The notes under the pieces are model-generated. The model saw nothing but the letters and a program-made list of their open reading frames with translations. It was not told the DNA's origin and ran no database searches. Positions 42,465 to 51,989 of a stretch of 64,000 nucleotides of DNA are shown in pieces. The translations under genes and the position numbers were made by a program. Location of the stretch: positions 4,237 to 68,236 of the forward strand of contig JBBQUY010000003.1 in the NCBI GenBank assembly GCA_038212015.1. Reading direction: 5' to 3'. The first letter of the stretch is position 1; each line of letters begins with the position of its first letter. This stretch comes from Gaiellales bacterium. GTDB taxonomy: Bacteria > Actinomycetota > Thermoleophilia > Gaiellales > SKUG01.

Positions 42465-42890
42465 ATGCAGCTCGCACCGCTCACGCCCAGACCCGCTCCG
42501 CACCCCACCTGGACCGGTGTCGCGATCGGCACCGTCCCGCTCTGGAACAACGCGATGGGGTATCACTCGCCGCTCGTGTCGACCGGAGCCGTGGGCCGAG
42601 CCGAGGGATACGACGCGCTCGCAAACGCGATGCGTGCAGCGCGGCAGCTGAGCCGAGGCGAGGAGCAGGGCGCCGTCACGGTGATCGAGCGCGACGCGCG
42701 CTGGTACGTGCAGGGCGTCGTGGCGCAGCTCGACATGCTCAGCGGCGGCGGATCGCGGCGCCTTCACTTCGAGGCGGCGCTTCCGGCACGGGTCGGATAC
42801 GCGACGCTGCGCGAGACAGCCGTCGTCAGTTCCGCGATGAGCGGCGTCGTCGCCCTCGTCGACGGGTCGCGTTCGCTGCGCGTTCGCTGA
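42465..42890 (+). CDS. orphan protein, probable paralog of the N-terminal domain of 3307-4305
   Basis: EGYDALANAMRAARQLS..QGAVTVIERDARW..SGVVALVDG versus TGFTSLDDALSGAAGLS..GGAFAVTRQGDTF..SGVEAIVGG. Confidence 0.75.
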   Translation: MQLAPLTPRPAPHPTWTGVAIGTVPLWNNAMGYHSPLVSTGAVGRAEGYDALANAMRAARQLSRGEEQGAVTVIERDARWYVQGVVAQLDMLSGGGSRRLHFEAALPARVGYATLRETAVVSSAMSGVVALVDGSRSLRVR

Positions 42891-42931
42891 CGCGCGGCGG
42901 CGTGCGCGTGGGGTCGCGGTAGGCTGCGTCC

Positions 42932-44239
42932 ATGAGCACGCCCCGCGCGCAGACGATCATCCACGGCATCGGCACGCTCGTCACGCCGGCGCGCGTTCCT
43001 GCGCCGATTCGCGGGGCCGACGTTGCCGCCGTGGTGGAGGTCGCCGGTGCGGCGATCGCGATCGGCGACGACGGCGCGATCATCGCGAGCGGCGTCGAAG
43101 CGGAGGTGCGAGCCGCTGTCGCCTTCGATGACGACACCGCCTTTCATGATGCGCACGGTGCGCTCGCGATCCCCGGACTCGTCGACTGCCATACACACCC
43201 GGTGTTCTCGGGCGACCGAGCCGCCGAGTTCGAACTGCGCAACCTCGGCGCAGGCTACGAGGAGATCCACGCAGCCGGGGGCGGCATCCGCGCAAGCGTC
43301 GCACGCACGCGCACGGCGCTCGATGACGGCACGATCGCGCCGCAGGTGCGTCGCCACCTCGACTGGATGCTCGCGGCAGGCACCACCACCGCCGAGGGCA
43401 AGTCAGGGTATGCGCTGACGCTCGAACACGAACTCGAGTCGCTGCGCGTCCTGCAGGCCGTCGCCGCGGAGCATCCGCTGCGGATGACGCGCACGCTGCT
43501 GGCGGCGCACACGGTTCCCGTGGAGTACGACGGTCGTGCGGACGAGTACATCGACGAGGTCGCGATCCCGGCCGCCCAGCGCGCGGTGTCGGAGGTGCGC
43601 GCCAGCGCCGCCGACGTGTTCCTCGAACGTGGATCATTCGATGTGGTACAGGCGGAGCGCTACCTGGTGGCAGCGCAGCAGGCGGGGCTGCTCGCACGTC
43701 TGCACGGCGACCAGTTCACCGATCAGGACGGCATCGAACTCGCCGTTCGCATCGGTGCGCGATCGATCGACCACCTCGAGGCGCTGGAACCCGACGCCCC
43801 GCGACTGAAGACGCTCGCGTCGTCGAACGTCGCGGGCGTGCTGCTGCCGCTGTCGTCGCTGTTTCTGGGACGGCCATATGCACCCGGCCGAGAGCTCATC
43901 GACGCGGGAGCGATCGTCGCGCTCGCGTCGGACTTCAATCCCGGCTCGAGCTACGGGGAGTCGCTGACCCTCGCGATGTCGCTCGCGTGCCTGGGGTGTC
44001 GACTGCGCGCGGGCGAGGTGCTCACCGCCACGACCGTCAACGCCGCATGGGTACTCGGCCTCGCCGATCGCGTCGGCCGCCTCGATCCCGGCTACCGCGG
44101 CGACGTGGTGCTGCTGGACCAGCCGTCGCTCGCGCACCTGCCCTACCACGTCGGCTCACCCGCGGTTCGGGCCGTGTTCGTCGGCGGGCTCGAGGTCGGG
44201 GCAGCTGCTGCGGGCACGGGCGCTGGTGTCGGCGCGTGA
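42932..44239 (+). CDS. hutI: imidazolonepropionase
   Basis: PGLVDCHTH, GGGI, GTTTAEGKSGY, LHGDQF, DHLE, ASDFNPGS. Confidence 0.95.
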   Translation: MSTPRAQTIIHGIGTLVTPARVPAPIRGADVAAVVEVAGAAIAIGDDGAIIASGVEAEVRAAVAFDDDTAFHDAHGALAIPGLVDCHTHPVFSGDRAAEFELRNLGAGYEEIHAAGGGIRASVARTRTALDDGTIAPQVRRHLDWMLAAGTTTAEGKSGYALTLEHELESLRVLQAVAAEHPLRMTRTLLAAHTVPVEYDGRADEYIDEVAIPAAQRAVSEVRASAADVFLERGSFDVVQAERYLVAAQQAGLLARLHGDQFTDQDGIELAVRIGARSIDHLEALEPDAPRLKTLASSNVAGVLLPLSSLFLGRPYAPGRELIDAGAIVALASDFNPGSSYGESLTLAMSLACLGCRLRAGEVLTATTVNAAWVLGLADRVGRLDPGYRGDVVLLDQPSLAHLPYHVGSPAVRAVFVGGLEVGAAAAGTGAGVGA

Positions 44240-45732
44240 GCGAGCGGCTCGTGGAGGAGGGCTGGCTCGCGCCGGCACGACCGGGCCCGGGGCGCGTGCA
44301 CGTGGCAATCGCGGTCGTGGCGGGTGTGCTTGCGCTCGCGACGTGGTTTGCCCTGACGATGACGTGGAAGGCGAGCTCCGGTCCCGACGACCTGCAGACC
44401 ACCGTCATCGAGCTCAACGAACGCGGGCGCGCGGCAGTCGGCGGGTCCACGGAGGAGTTGCCCGTCGAGGTTCGCTCCTCGCGCGGTGTCGACTACCTCG
44501 CCGTGGCGCTTCAGGTCGACAACCGCTCGGCCGGTGCACAGCGCGTGTCGGTGCAGCTGCCAGCCGGAGTCGACCCCGAGCGAACGACCTTGCGTGTCGT
44601 GGGATCGCTGGACGAGATCCGCATCCGTCGCGACGAGTTCGGAAAGCCGAGAGCCGATGTCACCGCGGGCGGGCCAAGTGACGACCTGCGCGTGCTGTTC
44701 GTCGCGCCCGCCGAGCTGTTTAACCTGCCGGCGGACAAACGCGAATCGACCGGCGACCTGGCCGACCTCACGCGCCCGATCGACGAGTCAGCGCGCAGCG
44801 AGGAGGATGAGCTCCGAACCCTGAACTGGCTGCGCGATGCGAGCCCATGGCTGCTGCCGCTGCTGCTCGTCGCGTCGGCGGGGGTGCCGCTGCTGCTGTG
44901 GTGGCGTGCACGACAACGCTTCTTCTCGATGCGTCGACCAGGACCCGGCAAGGAGCTCGACTCCGCGCCGCCCTCGAGCCTCGACCCGGTCGGTGCAGCC
45001 GTGCTCGTTGCGGGTGCGCGCGGGGTCGATGCCGCCGCGGCGTTCGCCGGACACGTGCTCGACCTGGTCGAGCGTCGACAGCTGCTCATGCGACGCACGA
45101 TGGACGTCGACCCCGGTGCAGGCGTGCTGATCGGCCTCGGGCACGCCGACGAGCTCGACGACGCAGCGGTGGACGCGCTGCGCGCCGCGGCGCTGCCCGA
45201 CGGGATCACCGCCGCAGTGACCGACAGCCGCGCGAAGCTGCGACGCGTGCCCGAGGCCGAACAGGATGCGTGGCACCTGCACGTTGCCGCGCGCGAACGC
45301 TTCGAAGGGATGGTCGACCGCGTCGACCCGAAACGACTGCTCGGATTCGCGGCCCTGCTCGTCGTGATCGCGATCGTCGCGATCGTCGGCGGTGCCGCCA
45401 CCGAGCTGTACGGTCGTCGCGCCCTGCTGTGGCTCGCCGCCGCCATCGCGCTGCCGAGCGCCCTGACGTTCGGACTGTGGGCACGCGACGCCGCCTCCTG
45501 GCGGATCGTGACGCGTGCGCGACGCACCGAGCGTGCCCAGTGGATCGCGTGGCGCTCGGTCGTGGGAACGAGCAGCGGACCCGCACTCGACCAGCGCAAC
45601 CTGCCGGTGATCGCCGCCACGGGCGCCGACCTGGCCGGAGTTCGCACGTTCACGGGCCCTGACGCCGTCGCGCTCGACGCCGTCACCACCAAGACGATCA
45701 ACGGCCTCAAGGCGATGATCGCCGACGACTGA
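44236..45732 (+). CDS. membrane protein (DUF2207-like architecture)
   Basis: N-terminal TM, extracellular domain, TM, PP..L.P..A..L and DLVERR motifs, then two TM. Confidence 0.65.
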   Translation: MSERLVEEGWLAPARPGPGRVHVAIAVVAGVLALATWFALTMTWKASSGPDDLQTTVIELNERGRAAVGGSTEELPVEVRSSRGVDYLAVALQVDNRSAGAQRVSVQLPAGVDPERTTLRVVGSLDEIRIRRDEFGKPRADVTAGGPSDDLRVLFVAPAELFNLPADKRESTGDLADLTRPIDESARSEEDELRTLNWLRDASPWLLPLLLVASAGVPLLLWWRARQRFFSMRRPGPGKELDSAPPSSLDPVGAAVLVAGARGVDAAAAFAGHVLDLVERRQLLMRRTMDVDPGAGVLIGLGHADELDDAAVDALRAAALPDGITAAVTDSRAKLRRVPEAEQDAWHLHVAARERFEGMVDRVDPKRLLGFAALLVVIAIVAIVGGAATELYGRRALLWLAAAIALPSALTFGLWARDAASWRIVTRARRTERAQWIAWRSVVGTSSGPALDQRNLPVIAATGADLAGVRTFTGPDAVALDAVTTKTINGLKAMIADD

Positions 45733-45736
45733 ACAC

Positions 45737-45786
45737 GAGGTGTAGCAATCTGCTTGCCCACAGGGACAGCAGATTGCTATCACCTC
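45737..45786. repeat. palindromic repeat family A, copy 3
   Basis: GAGGTGTAGCAATCTGCTTGCCCACAGGGACAGCAGATTGCTATCACCTC. Confidence 0.85.
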
Positions 45787-45823
45787 GCATCAACGGCCCA
45801 CCACAAGCGCACAACGGCGCGCA

Positions 45824-45928
45824 CTGGTTGCGATGACTGCGACCAGATCGCACGCAGCGCAACCACATGTCGCTGAGCCGACTGGGTGGTTACACGGACT
45901 GCGATTTCATCGCAGTCAGAACGACCAC
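45824..45928. repeat. doublet of 43-bp palindromes (family B), 62-bp period
   Basis: TGGTT..GACTGCGA..TCGCA..ACCAC units at 45824 and 45886. Confidence 0.8.
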
Positions 45929-46021
45929 ATGCGGGCGCACGGGTCAGGGAGCCGAGGCCAGGAGGTTGACTCGCCATGCACGCCTGCCGCCCGTCGCCGC
46001 TCGCGGTGCTACCCTTTCGGC

Positions 46022-46429
46022 ATGGCTGCCAAGAAGGCGCGCAAGCGCGCATACATCCCCCCAAGTGCCGAAGTCGTGAACCGCAAGGAGCGCACGACGT
46101 CCGCGCCGCGCGTCCAGCGTACGCAGGCGACGCGTGGCGGCGCCGGCGGAGCCCGTGGACAGTACGTCTACCCGCAGCCGAGCCTCAAGCGCACGCTCAA
46201 GCGCCTGCCGGTCTACTTCGTCCTGATCTTCGCGCTCCAGTACTTCTTTGCCGGCCAGGACGCGCGCGGGCTCGACACGCAGGAGCGGCTCATCTTCGCC
46301 GCCGGCTCCGCAGCGTTCGTGACCGTGATCTTCGCGCCGTTCATGCACATCATGGACAAGTTCGCCTACAACCGGTACCTGCGCCGCACCGGTCAGCAGC
46401 CGAAGCCGCCGGCCGACACGAAGTCCTGA
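46022..46429 (+). CDS. hypothetical membrane protein (2 TM, basic N-terminus)
   Basis: TGcTACCCT-6nt-ATG; high GC3. Confidence 0.75.
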   Translation: MAAKKARKRAYIPPSAEVVNRKERTTSAPRVQRTQATRGGAGGARGQYVYPQPSLKRTLKRLPVYFVLIFALQYFFAGQDARGLDTQERLIFAAGSAAFVTVIFAPFMHIMDKFAYNRYLRRTGQQPKPPADTKS

Positions 46430-46431
46430 CC

Positions 46432-47124
46432 GTGAGCTCCGACCGCCCGGTCGCGGGCACGCTGCTCGAGGTCCACGGGCTCTCGCTCGGACCGATCGGC
46501 ACGAACTGTTACCTCGTCAACGAGGCGGGCAGCACCCGCGCGTTCGTCGTCGACCCCGGCGACCAGGCCGACGTCATCCAGGACGTCGCTGCCGACAACG
46601 GCGTGACGATCGAGGCGATCCTCGTCACCCACTGCCACTGGGACCACATCGGTGCCGTCGCCGCACTCGCCGACGCAACCGGCGCGCCGGTCTGGATGAG
46701 CACGACCGAAGCACCCGTGCTCGAGGACCCCACGCAGTTTCCGATGGGCGGACCCGCGCCGATCGCACCCGCTCGCGTCGACCACACGATCGACGGCGGC
46801 GAGCGCATCGAGGTCGCCGGCATCGCGATCGACGTGCTCGACACGCCCGGCCACAGCCCCGGACATCTCACCTTCGTGGTCGACGGCGTCCGCGGTGCGA
46901 GCGAAGACACCTACGACTCTCCGCCCGTGGCATTCGTGGGCGACGTCATCTTCCAGGGCTCGGTCGGCCGCACCGACCTGCCGTTCGCCGACTCCGACAC
47001 GCTCATGTCGACGCTGGACATGCTCGTCGCGCGCTTGCATCCGGACACCGTCCTGCTGAGCGGCCACGGTCCGGTCACCACGATGCGCGCCGAGCTCGCG
47101 TCGAATCCGTTCCTGCGCCGGTAG
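46432..47124 (+). CDS. MBL-fold metallo-hydrolase (glyoxalase II-like)
   Basis: NCYLV, THCHWDH, TPGHSPG, GDVIFQGSVGRTD, SGHG; position before hisS. Confidence 0.92.
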   Translation: MSSDRPVAGTLLEVHGLSLGPIGTNCYLVNEAGSTRAFVVDPGDQADVIQDVAADNGVTIEAILVTHCHWDHIGAVAALADATGAPVWMSTTEAPVLEDPTQFPMGGPAPIAPARVDHTIDGGERIEVAGIAIDVLDTPGHSPGHLTFVVDGVRGASEDTYDSPPVAFVGDVIFQGSVGRTDLPFADSDTLMSTLDMLVARLHPDTVLLSGHGPVTTMRAELASNPFLRR

Positions 47125-47146
47125 GCGCGCGGGGTAGGCTTTCGCC

Positions 47147-48439
47147 ATGAGCGACCAGATCCAGCTTCCCCGCGGCACGCAGGACGTGCTGCCCGCCGAT
47201 TGGCGACTGCGCTTTCGCGTGCTCGACACCGCGCGCCGTCGCTTCGAGGCTGCCGGCTTCGGACGCATCTCGACCCCGACGTTCGAACACACCGAGCTCT
47301 TCCATCGCGGCGTGGGGGAGGCCACCGACATCGTCGGCAAGGAGACCTACACCTTCGAAGACCGCGGCGGGCGATCGCTGACGCTGCGCCCCGAAGGCAC
47401 CGCCGGGGTGAGCCGCGCATTCGTTGCCGGGGGGCTGCATCGCGAACCACTGCCCGTGAAGCTCTGGTATTCGATGGCGATGTTCCGCTACGAGAAGCCG
47501 CAGGCCGGTCGCCTTCGCGAGCACGAACAGCTCGGTTGCGAGGTGCTCGGTTCCGAACGCGCCGCCGTCGATGCGGAGGTCATCGCCGTGCAGGCCGGCA
47601 TCTACCGCGACCTGGGCCTGCCCGACCTGGTGTTGCAGCTCAACTCCGTCGGCTCCACCGAAGCGCGCGCCGCGTATCGCGCCGCGCTCGTCGAGTACCT
47701 GACCCCGTACGCGGCGGAGCTCGACACGGACTCGCAGGACCGGCTCGCCACCAACCCGCTGCGCATCCTCGACTCCAAGGACGAGCGAACCCGCGAGATC
47801 GTCGCCGGCGCGCCCCTGCTGCCCGCATTCCTCACCGACGAGGACCGCGCGCACTTCGATCGCGTGCAGACGCTGCTCGCCGCCGCGGGCATCGAGGTGA
47901 TCGTCGACCCGTTGCTCGTGCGCGGGCTCGACTACTACACGCGTACCGTCTGGGAATTCACGAGCTCGGCACTCGGCGCGCAGTCGACGGTCGGCGCGGG
48001 TGGACGCTACGACGGGCTCGTGGAGCAGCTCGGCGGACCGGCAACGCCCGCGGTCGGGTTCGGTACCGGCATCGAGCGCATCGTGCTGTGTCTGGAAGCG
48101 CTCGGACAGAAGAGCCGCACGCGCCCCGTCGATGCGTACGTGGGCGTCGCGACCGATGCAAGCGACGCTGCGTGGACTCGCGCGTTCCGGATCACGACCC
48201 AGCTGCGCGAGCGCGGCCGCGCGATCGAACTGGATCTCGCGGGTCGCTCCGCGAAGGGGCAGGCCAAGCAGGCATCGAAGCTGGAAGCATCCCTGCGCGT
48301 GCTTGTCGACGACCTCGGCGCACGCATGTTCCTGCGTGGCGACTTCGACGGCTCGGACCTGCCGAGCGACGTGGACGCATCGATCGGCCAGATCGACGCG
48401 CAGCTCGTCGCGCTTGCAACGATGCCCGCGCCCGCATGA
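47147..48439 (+). CDS. hisS: histidine--tRNA ligase
   Basis: PRGTQD, LRPEGTA, FRYEKPQAGR, LVRGLDYY, GGRYD. Confidence 0.97.
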   Translation: MSDQIQLPRGTQDVLPADWRLRFRVLDTARRRFEAAGFGRISTPTFEHTELFHRGVGEATDIVGKETYTFEDRGGRSLTLRPEGTAGVSRAFVAGGLHREPLPVKLWYSMAMFRYEKPQAGRLREHEQLGCEVLGSERAAVDAEVIAVQAGIYRDLGLPDLVLQLNSVGSTEARAAYRAALVEYLTPYAAELDTDSQDRLATNPLRILDSKDERTREIVAGAPLLPAFLTDEDRAHFDRVQTLLAAAGIEVIVDPLLVRGLDYYTRTVWEFTSSALGAQSTVGAGGRYDGLVEQLGGPATPAVGFGTGIERIVLCLEALGQKSRTRPVDAYVGVATDASDAAWTRAFRITTQLRERGRAIELDLAGRSAKGQAKQASKLEASLRVLVDDLGARMFLRGDFDGSDLPSDVDASIGQIDAQLVALATMPAPA

Positions 48440-48489
48440 CCTGAGCGTCTCTCGCACGCGCGGATGCCAGCACGCATAGGATGCTCCGC

Positions 48490-50322
48490 ATGACCCAGAC
48501 GCATGATGCCACCAAGTACCGAACGCACGAATGCGGCCATGTCGGCCTGTCCGACGTGCCCAACGCGCTGTACCGACTCGCGCGCATCGACGACGAGGTG
48601 CGCGTCACCGGCTGGGTCAACTCCGTGCGCGACCACGGTGACCTCATCTTCGTCGACCTGCGCGACCGCACCGGCATCGTGCAGCTCGTCATCGACCCCT
48701 CCGATGCACCCGCAGCGCACAAGGTCGCCGAGGCGCTGCGCAACGAGTTCTGCGTGATGGCCCGCGGCAAGGTCCTGGCACGTGCGACCGAGCTCATCAA
48801 CCCGAACCTCGCCACCGGCGCGGTGGAAGTGCGCGTCGACGAGCTCGAGGTGCTGTCGACGTGCGAGGTGCTGCCCTTCCAGCTCGACGACGACAACGTC
48901 AACGAAGAGGCGCGCCTCAAGTGGCGCTTCCTCGACCTGCGCCGCGAGCGCATGTTCGGCAACCTGCAGCTGCGCTCGCACATCACGCAGGTGATGCGGC
49001 GCTACCTCGACGCGCGCGGCTTCCTCGACGTCGAGACCCCGATCCTCACCAAGTCCACGCCGGAGGGTGCGCGCGACTTCCTCGTGCCGAGCCGTCGCGG
49101 CCCGGGCCAGTTCTTCGCGCTGCCGCAGAGCCCGCAGCTGTTCAAGCAGATGCTCATGGTGGCGGGCATCGAGCGCTATTACCAGATCGCTCGATGCTTC
49201 CGTGACGAGGACCTGCGCGCCGACCGCCAGCTCGAGTTCACGCAGCTCGACGTGGAGATGAGCTTCGTCGAGCAGGAGGACGTGCTCCATCTGATGGAAG
49301 GCCTCATGCGCGAGGTCTGGAAAGAAGTCGCGGGCGTCGAGTTCGACGAGCCGTTCGTTCGACTGCCGTTCCGCGAGTCGATGCTGCGTTTCGGCTCCGA
49401 CAAGCCCGACCTGCGCTTTGACCTGGAGATCGCCGATCTGACCCAGGCGTGGGCCGGCACCGAGTTCGGCGTCGCGCGCGGTGCGATCGACTCAGGTGGC
49501 GCGGTGCGCGTGCTTGCCGCTCCCGGCGGTGGACGCTTCAGCCGCAAGGACATGGACGAGCACACCGAGTTCGCGAAGCAGTTCGGTGCCAAGGGCCTCG
49601 CATGGTTCATCGTGGAGGAGGACGGTGCCCTGCGCTCTCCCGTCACGAAGTTCCTGACCGAGGACGAGCAGACCCAGCTCAAGGGCCTGTCGGGTGCAAA
49701 GCCTGGCGACGCGATCTTCATGATGGCTGACACCGATCACGTCGTGAGCCGCGTGCTCGGTGCCCTGCGCACGCGTCTGATCGAGGAGCTCGAGCTCGTT
49801 CCCGAGCGCGAATGGGTGTTCGCGTGGATCGTCGATGCGCCGCTGTTCGAGCACGACGAGGACCGCAACCGCCTCACGTTCGCGCATCACCCATTCTGCC
49901 AGCCGACGCCCGAGACGCTCGCGCTGCTCGACACCGACCCGGCAGCGGTGGTGGCGCAGGCGTACGACCTCACGCTCAACGGCTGGGAGCTCGCGTCCGG
50001 ATCGATCCGCGTGCACGACTACACAGTGCAGCAGAAGATCTTCAACGTGCTCGGCATGAGCGAGGCAGAGGCGGAGGAGAAGTTCTCGTTCTTCCTGCGC
50101 GCGCTCAAGATGGGTGCACCCCCGCACGGTGGCATCGCCCCGGGCCTCGACCGAATCGTGATGCTGCTCGCGCGCGAGCAGAACATCCGCGAGGTGATCG
50201 CCTTCCCGCGTCAGCAGTCGACGTTCGATCCGCTCACCGAGTCGCCGAGCCTCGTCGACCAGGAGCAGCTCGACGAACTGCACCTGCGCACGGTGCAGCC
50301 GCCCGTGACCGCGAAGGCCTGA
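48490..50322 (+). CDS. aspS: aspartate--tRNA ligase
   Basis: RDHGDLIFVDLRD, TPEGARDF, LPQSPQLFKQ, CFRDED, GAPPHGGIA. Confidence 0.97.
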   Translation: MTQTHDATKYRTHECGHVGLSDVPNALYRLARIDDEVRVTGWVNSVRDHGDLIFVDLRDRTGIVQLVIDPSDAPAAHKVAEALRNEFCVMARGKVLARATELINPNLATGAVEVRVDELEVLSTCEVLPFQLDDDNVNEEARLKWRFLDLRRERMFGNLQLRSHITQVMRRYLDARGFLDVETPILTKSTPEGARDFLVPSRRGPGQFFALPQSPQLFKQMLMVAGIERYYQIARCFRDEDLRADRQLEFTQLDVEMSFVEQEDVLHLMEGLMREVWKEVAGVEFDEPFVRLPFRESMLRFGSDKPDLRFDLEIADLTQAWAGTEFGVARGAIDSGGAVRVLAAPGGGRFSRKDMDEHTEFAKQFGAKGLAWFIVEEDGALRSPVTKFLTEDEQTQLKGLSGAKPGDAIFMMADTDHVVSRVLGALRTRLIEELELVPEREWVFAWIVDAPLFEHDEDRNRLTFAHHPFCQPTPETLALLDTDPAAVVAQAYDLTLNGWELASGSIRVHDYTVQQKIFNVLGMSEAEAEEKFSFFLRALKMGAPPHGGIAPGLDRIVMLLAREQNIREVIAFPRQQSTFDPLTESPSLVDQEQLDELHLRTVQPPVTAKA

Positions 50323-50333
50323 TCCGCGTCAGT

Positions 50334-50438
50334 GTGGTTGTCCTGACTGCGACCAGATCGCAGTCGACGCGACCAGACGCGTGGAAACGCGCCACGTGGT
50401 TGTCCGGACTGCGACCGGATCGCAGTGGTCGTAACCAC
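50334..50438. repeat. doublet of 43-bp palindromes (family B), 62-bp period
   Basis: GTGGTTGTCCTGACTGCGACCAGATCGCAGTC.. at 50334 and GTGGTTGTCCGGACTGCGACCGGATCGCAGT..AACCAC at 50396. Confidence 0.85.
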
Positions 50439-50468
50439 CCACACGCGCCTTTGGGGCATCAACGAATA

Positions 50469-50497
50469 GGGGCGCCGATCGTGAGATCGACGCCCCG
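50469..50497. terminator. hairpin between convergent genes
   Basis: GGGGCGCCGATC-gtga-GATCGACGCCCC. Confidence 0.55.
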
Positions 50498-50535
50498 GGT
50501 GCCTTGCGGCAATGTGCGTGGGATGCGGTGGTTGA

Positions 50536-51726
50536 TCAGCCGTGCTGCTGCGGCTGGCGCTGCAGCTGCACGACGTTCTGCTGCTGGTCTGCCTTCGGCA
50601 TGACCGGCATCATCTGCGTCAGCTGCGAGATGAGCGGCTCGAGGCTCTCGAGCACCTGGCGACGGCGCTCCTCGAGGCGACGGATCTGGTCCTTGAGACG
50701 ATCCTGCTCGCGCATTGCTTCCTGCGCGCGCACGGTCGCGAGGCGGCGCTGCTCCGCGAGCACCTGCTCGCCCTCACGGCGCGCGGTCTCGACGATCGCG
50801 CGCGCCTCCGTCTGTGCCTGCTGGAGCACCGCCGTGGCGTCGCCGCGCAGCGTGCCGGCTTCTTCGTTGGCACGAATCAGGATCTGCTCACCCGTCTGCT
50901 GGGCTTCGCTGATGATCTCCTCGACCTCGCCGAGCAGCACGCGCGCCTGCGCCTGTCCATGCTCACGGATGCGCTCGGCCTCGTCCTCGGCTCGATCGAT
51001 GATCTCCTCAGAGCGCGCGTGCGCCGTGCGCAGCTCGAGCTCCATGCGGTGCTGGACGTTGGAGGCCTCGTCCTCGATGAGCTGCACGAGCCGACTCACG
51101 TCGATGCCGATCGACGCGGCGGCGTTCGCGCCTCCGCTGCCGGGCACGAACGATGCCGTCGACACGGGAGCGGGCTGGGTGGGGGCGAGCTCCGCGGCGG
51201 GCGCGGGCTGGGGCGTCGGGGCCGCGGGCGTCGGCTCGAGCGTGACGGAGCCCGTGGCCTGCGGGGTCGTGGGCTCGGCCGCGGCGGTGGGCACGGAGAC
51301 CGGCTTGAGCGCGGCATCGAGGCGGGCCTCGATGTCGGCGTCGGTCTCGGGTGCGGGGGTGGTGGGCGTGGGCTGCTGCTGCACGGTGGCCTCCGATGCG
51401 GGCGTCGTGGTCGAGGTGGGCGTCGGGACCGACGTGGTGGTGACGGCGGGGGCTCCGGTGGCGGTGGCACCGCTCATTGCCGCGAGGTCGTTGGCACGCG
51501 CGATCACGGCGCGCTGCATGTCGAGCTTGGCGCGATCGGGCTCGTCAGCGACGGCTCGCGCGCCGACCAGCTCATCCATGCGACGAGCCAGGTCATCGAC
51601 GGTCGCGACCGCCTGGGCGGTCGCGTGGGACGTCGTCGTGTCATCGGCATCGTCGGAGCGCTTGCCACGGCGGAACAGGCCGCGGCGAGTGCCCTCGCTA
51701 CCGGTGGCTTCCATGGATCCCTTCAC
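50536..51726 (-). CDS. coiled-coil protein (DivIVA/FilP-like C-terminal half) with Pro/Thr-rich linker
   Basis: GAGGAG SD before GTG 51726; EEIIDRAEDEAERIRE-type repeats. Confidence 0.7.
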   Translation of the reverse strand: MKGSMEATGSEGTRRGLFRRGKRSDDADDTTTSHATAQAVATVDDLARRMDELVGARAVADEPDRAKLDMQRAVIARANDLAAMSGATATGAPAVTTTSVPTPTSTTTPASEATVQQQPTPTTPAPETDADIEARLDAALKPVSVPTAAAEPTTPQATGSVTLEPTPAAPTPQPAPAAELAPTQPAPVSTASFVPGSGGANAAASIGIDVSRLVQLIEDEASNVQHRMELELRTAHARSEEIIDRAEDEAERIREHGQAQARVLLGEVEEIISEAQQTGEQILIRANEEAGTLRGDATAVLQQAQTEARAIVETARREGEQVLAEQRRLATVRAQEAMREQDRLKDQIRRLEERRRQVLESLEPLISQLTQMMPVMPKADQQQNVVQLQRQPQQHG

Positions 51727-51904
51727 GAACTTCTCCTCGCTGCGGTGCGGTGCGTCGGCAGGCCTGTGACGTGCACGGGACGAGTGGGCATCCGAGCACG
51801 TGCGCAGGTCGTGGATTGCGCGACGGTAGCGAGGTTGTACCCCTGCCGACACGGCTTTGAACATGGAGAACCGACTTGCCATTCCTGCCGTATGCCAAGG
51901 CGCG

Positions 51905-51932
51905 TCAAGCGCTCCGGAAGTCGTGCCGATAG
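51905..51932 (+). promoter_or_regulatory. near-consensus sigma-28 (FliA/WhiG) promoter
   Basis: TCAAG-N15-GCCGATAG upstream of 51990. Confidence 0.7.
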
Positions 51933-51989
51933 CGCATCGGAACCCGTGCGTCGCAGCTGTGATGCCGGATACGAAGGAGCAATTCGACC

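Noticed and set aside
45824-50438. 62-bp periodic repeats as a CRISPR mini-array
   Set aside because: Only two units per locus, the units diverge, linkers are about 19 nt and no cas genes are present
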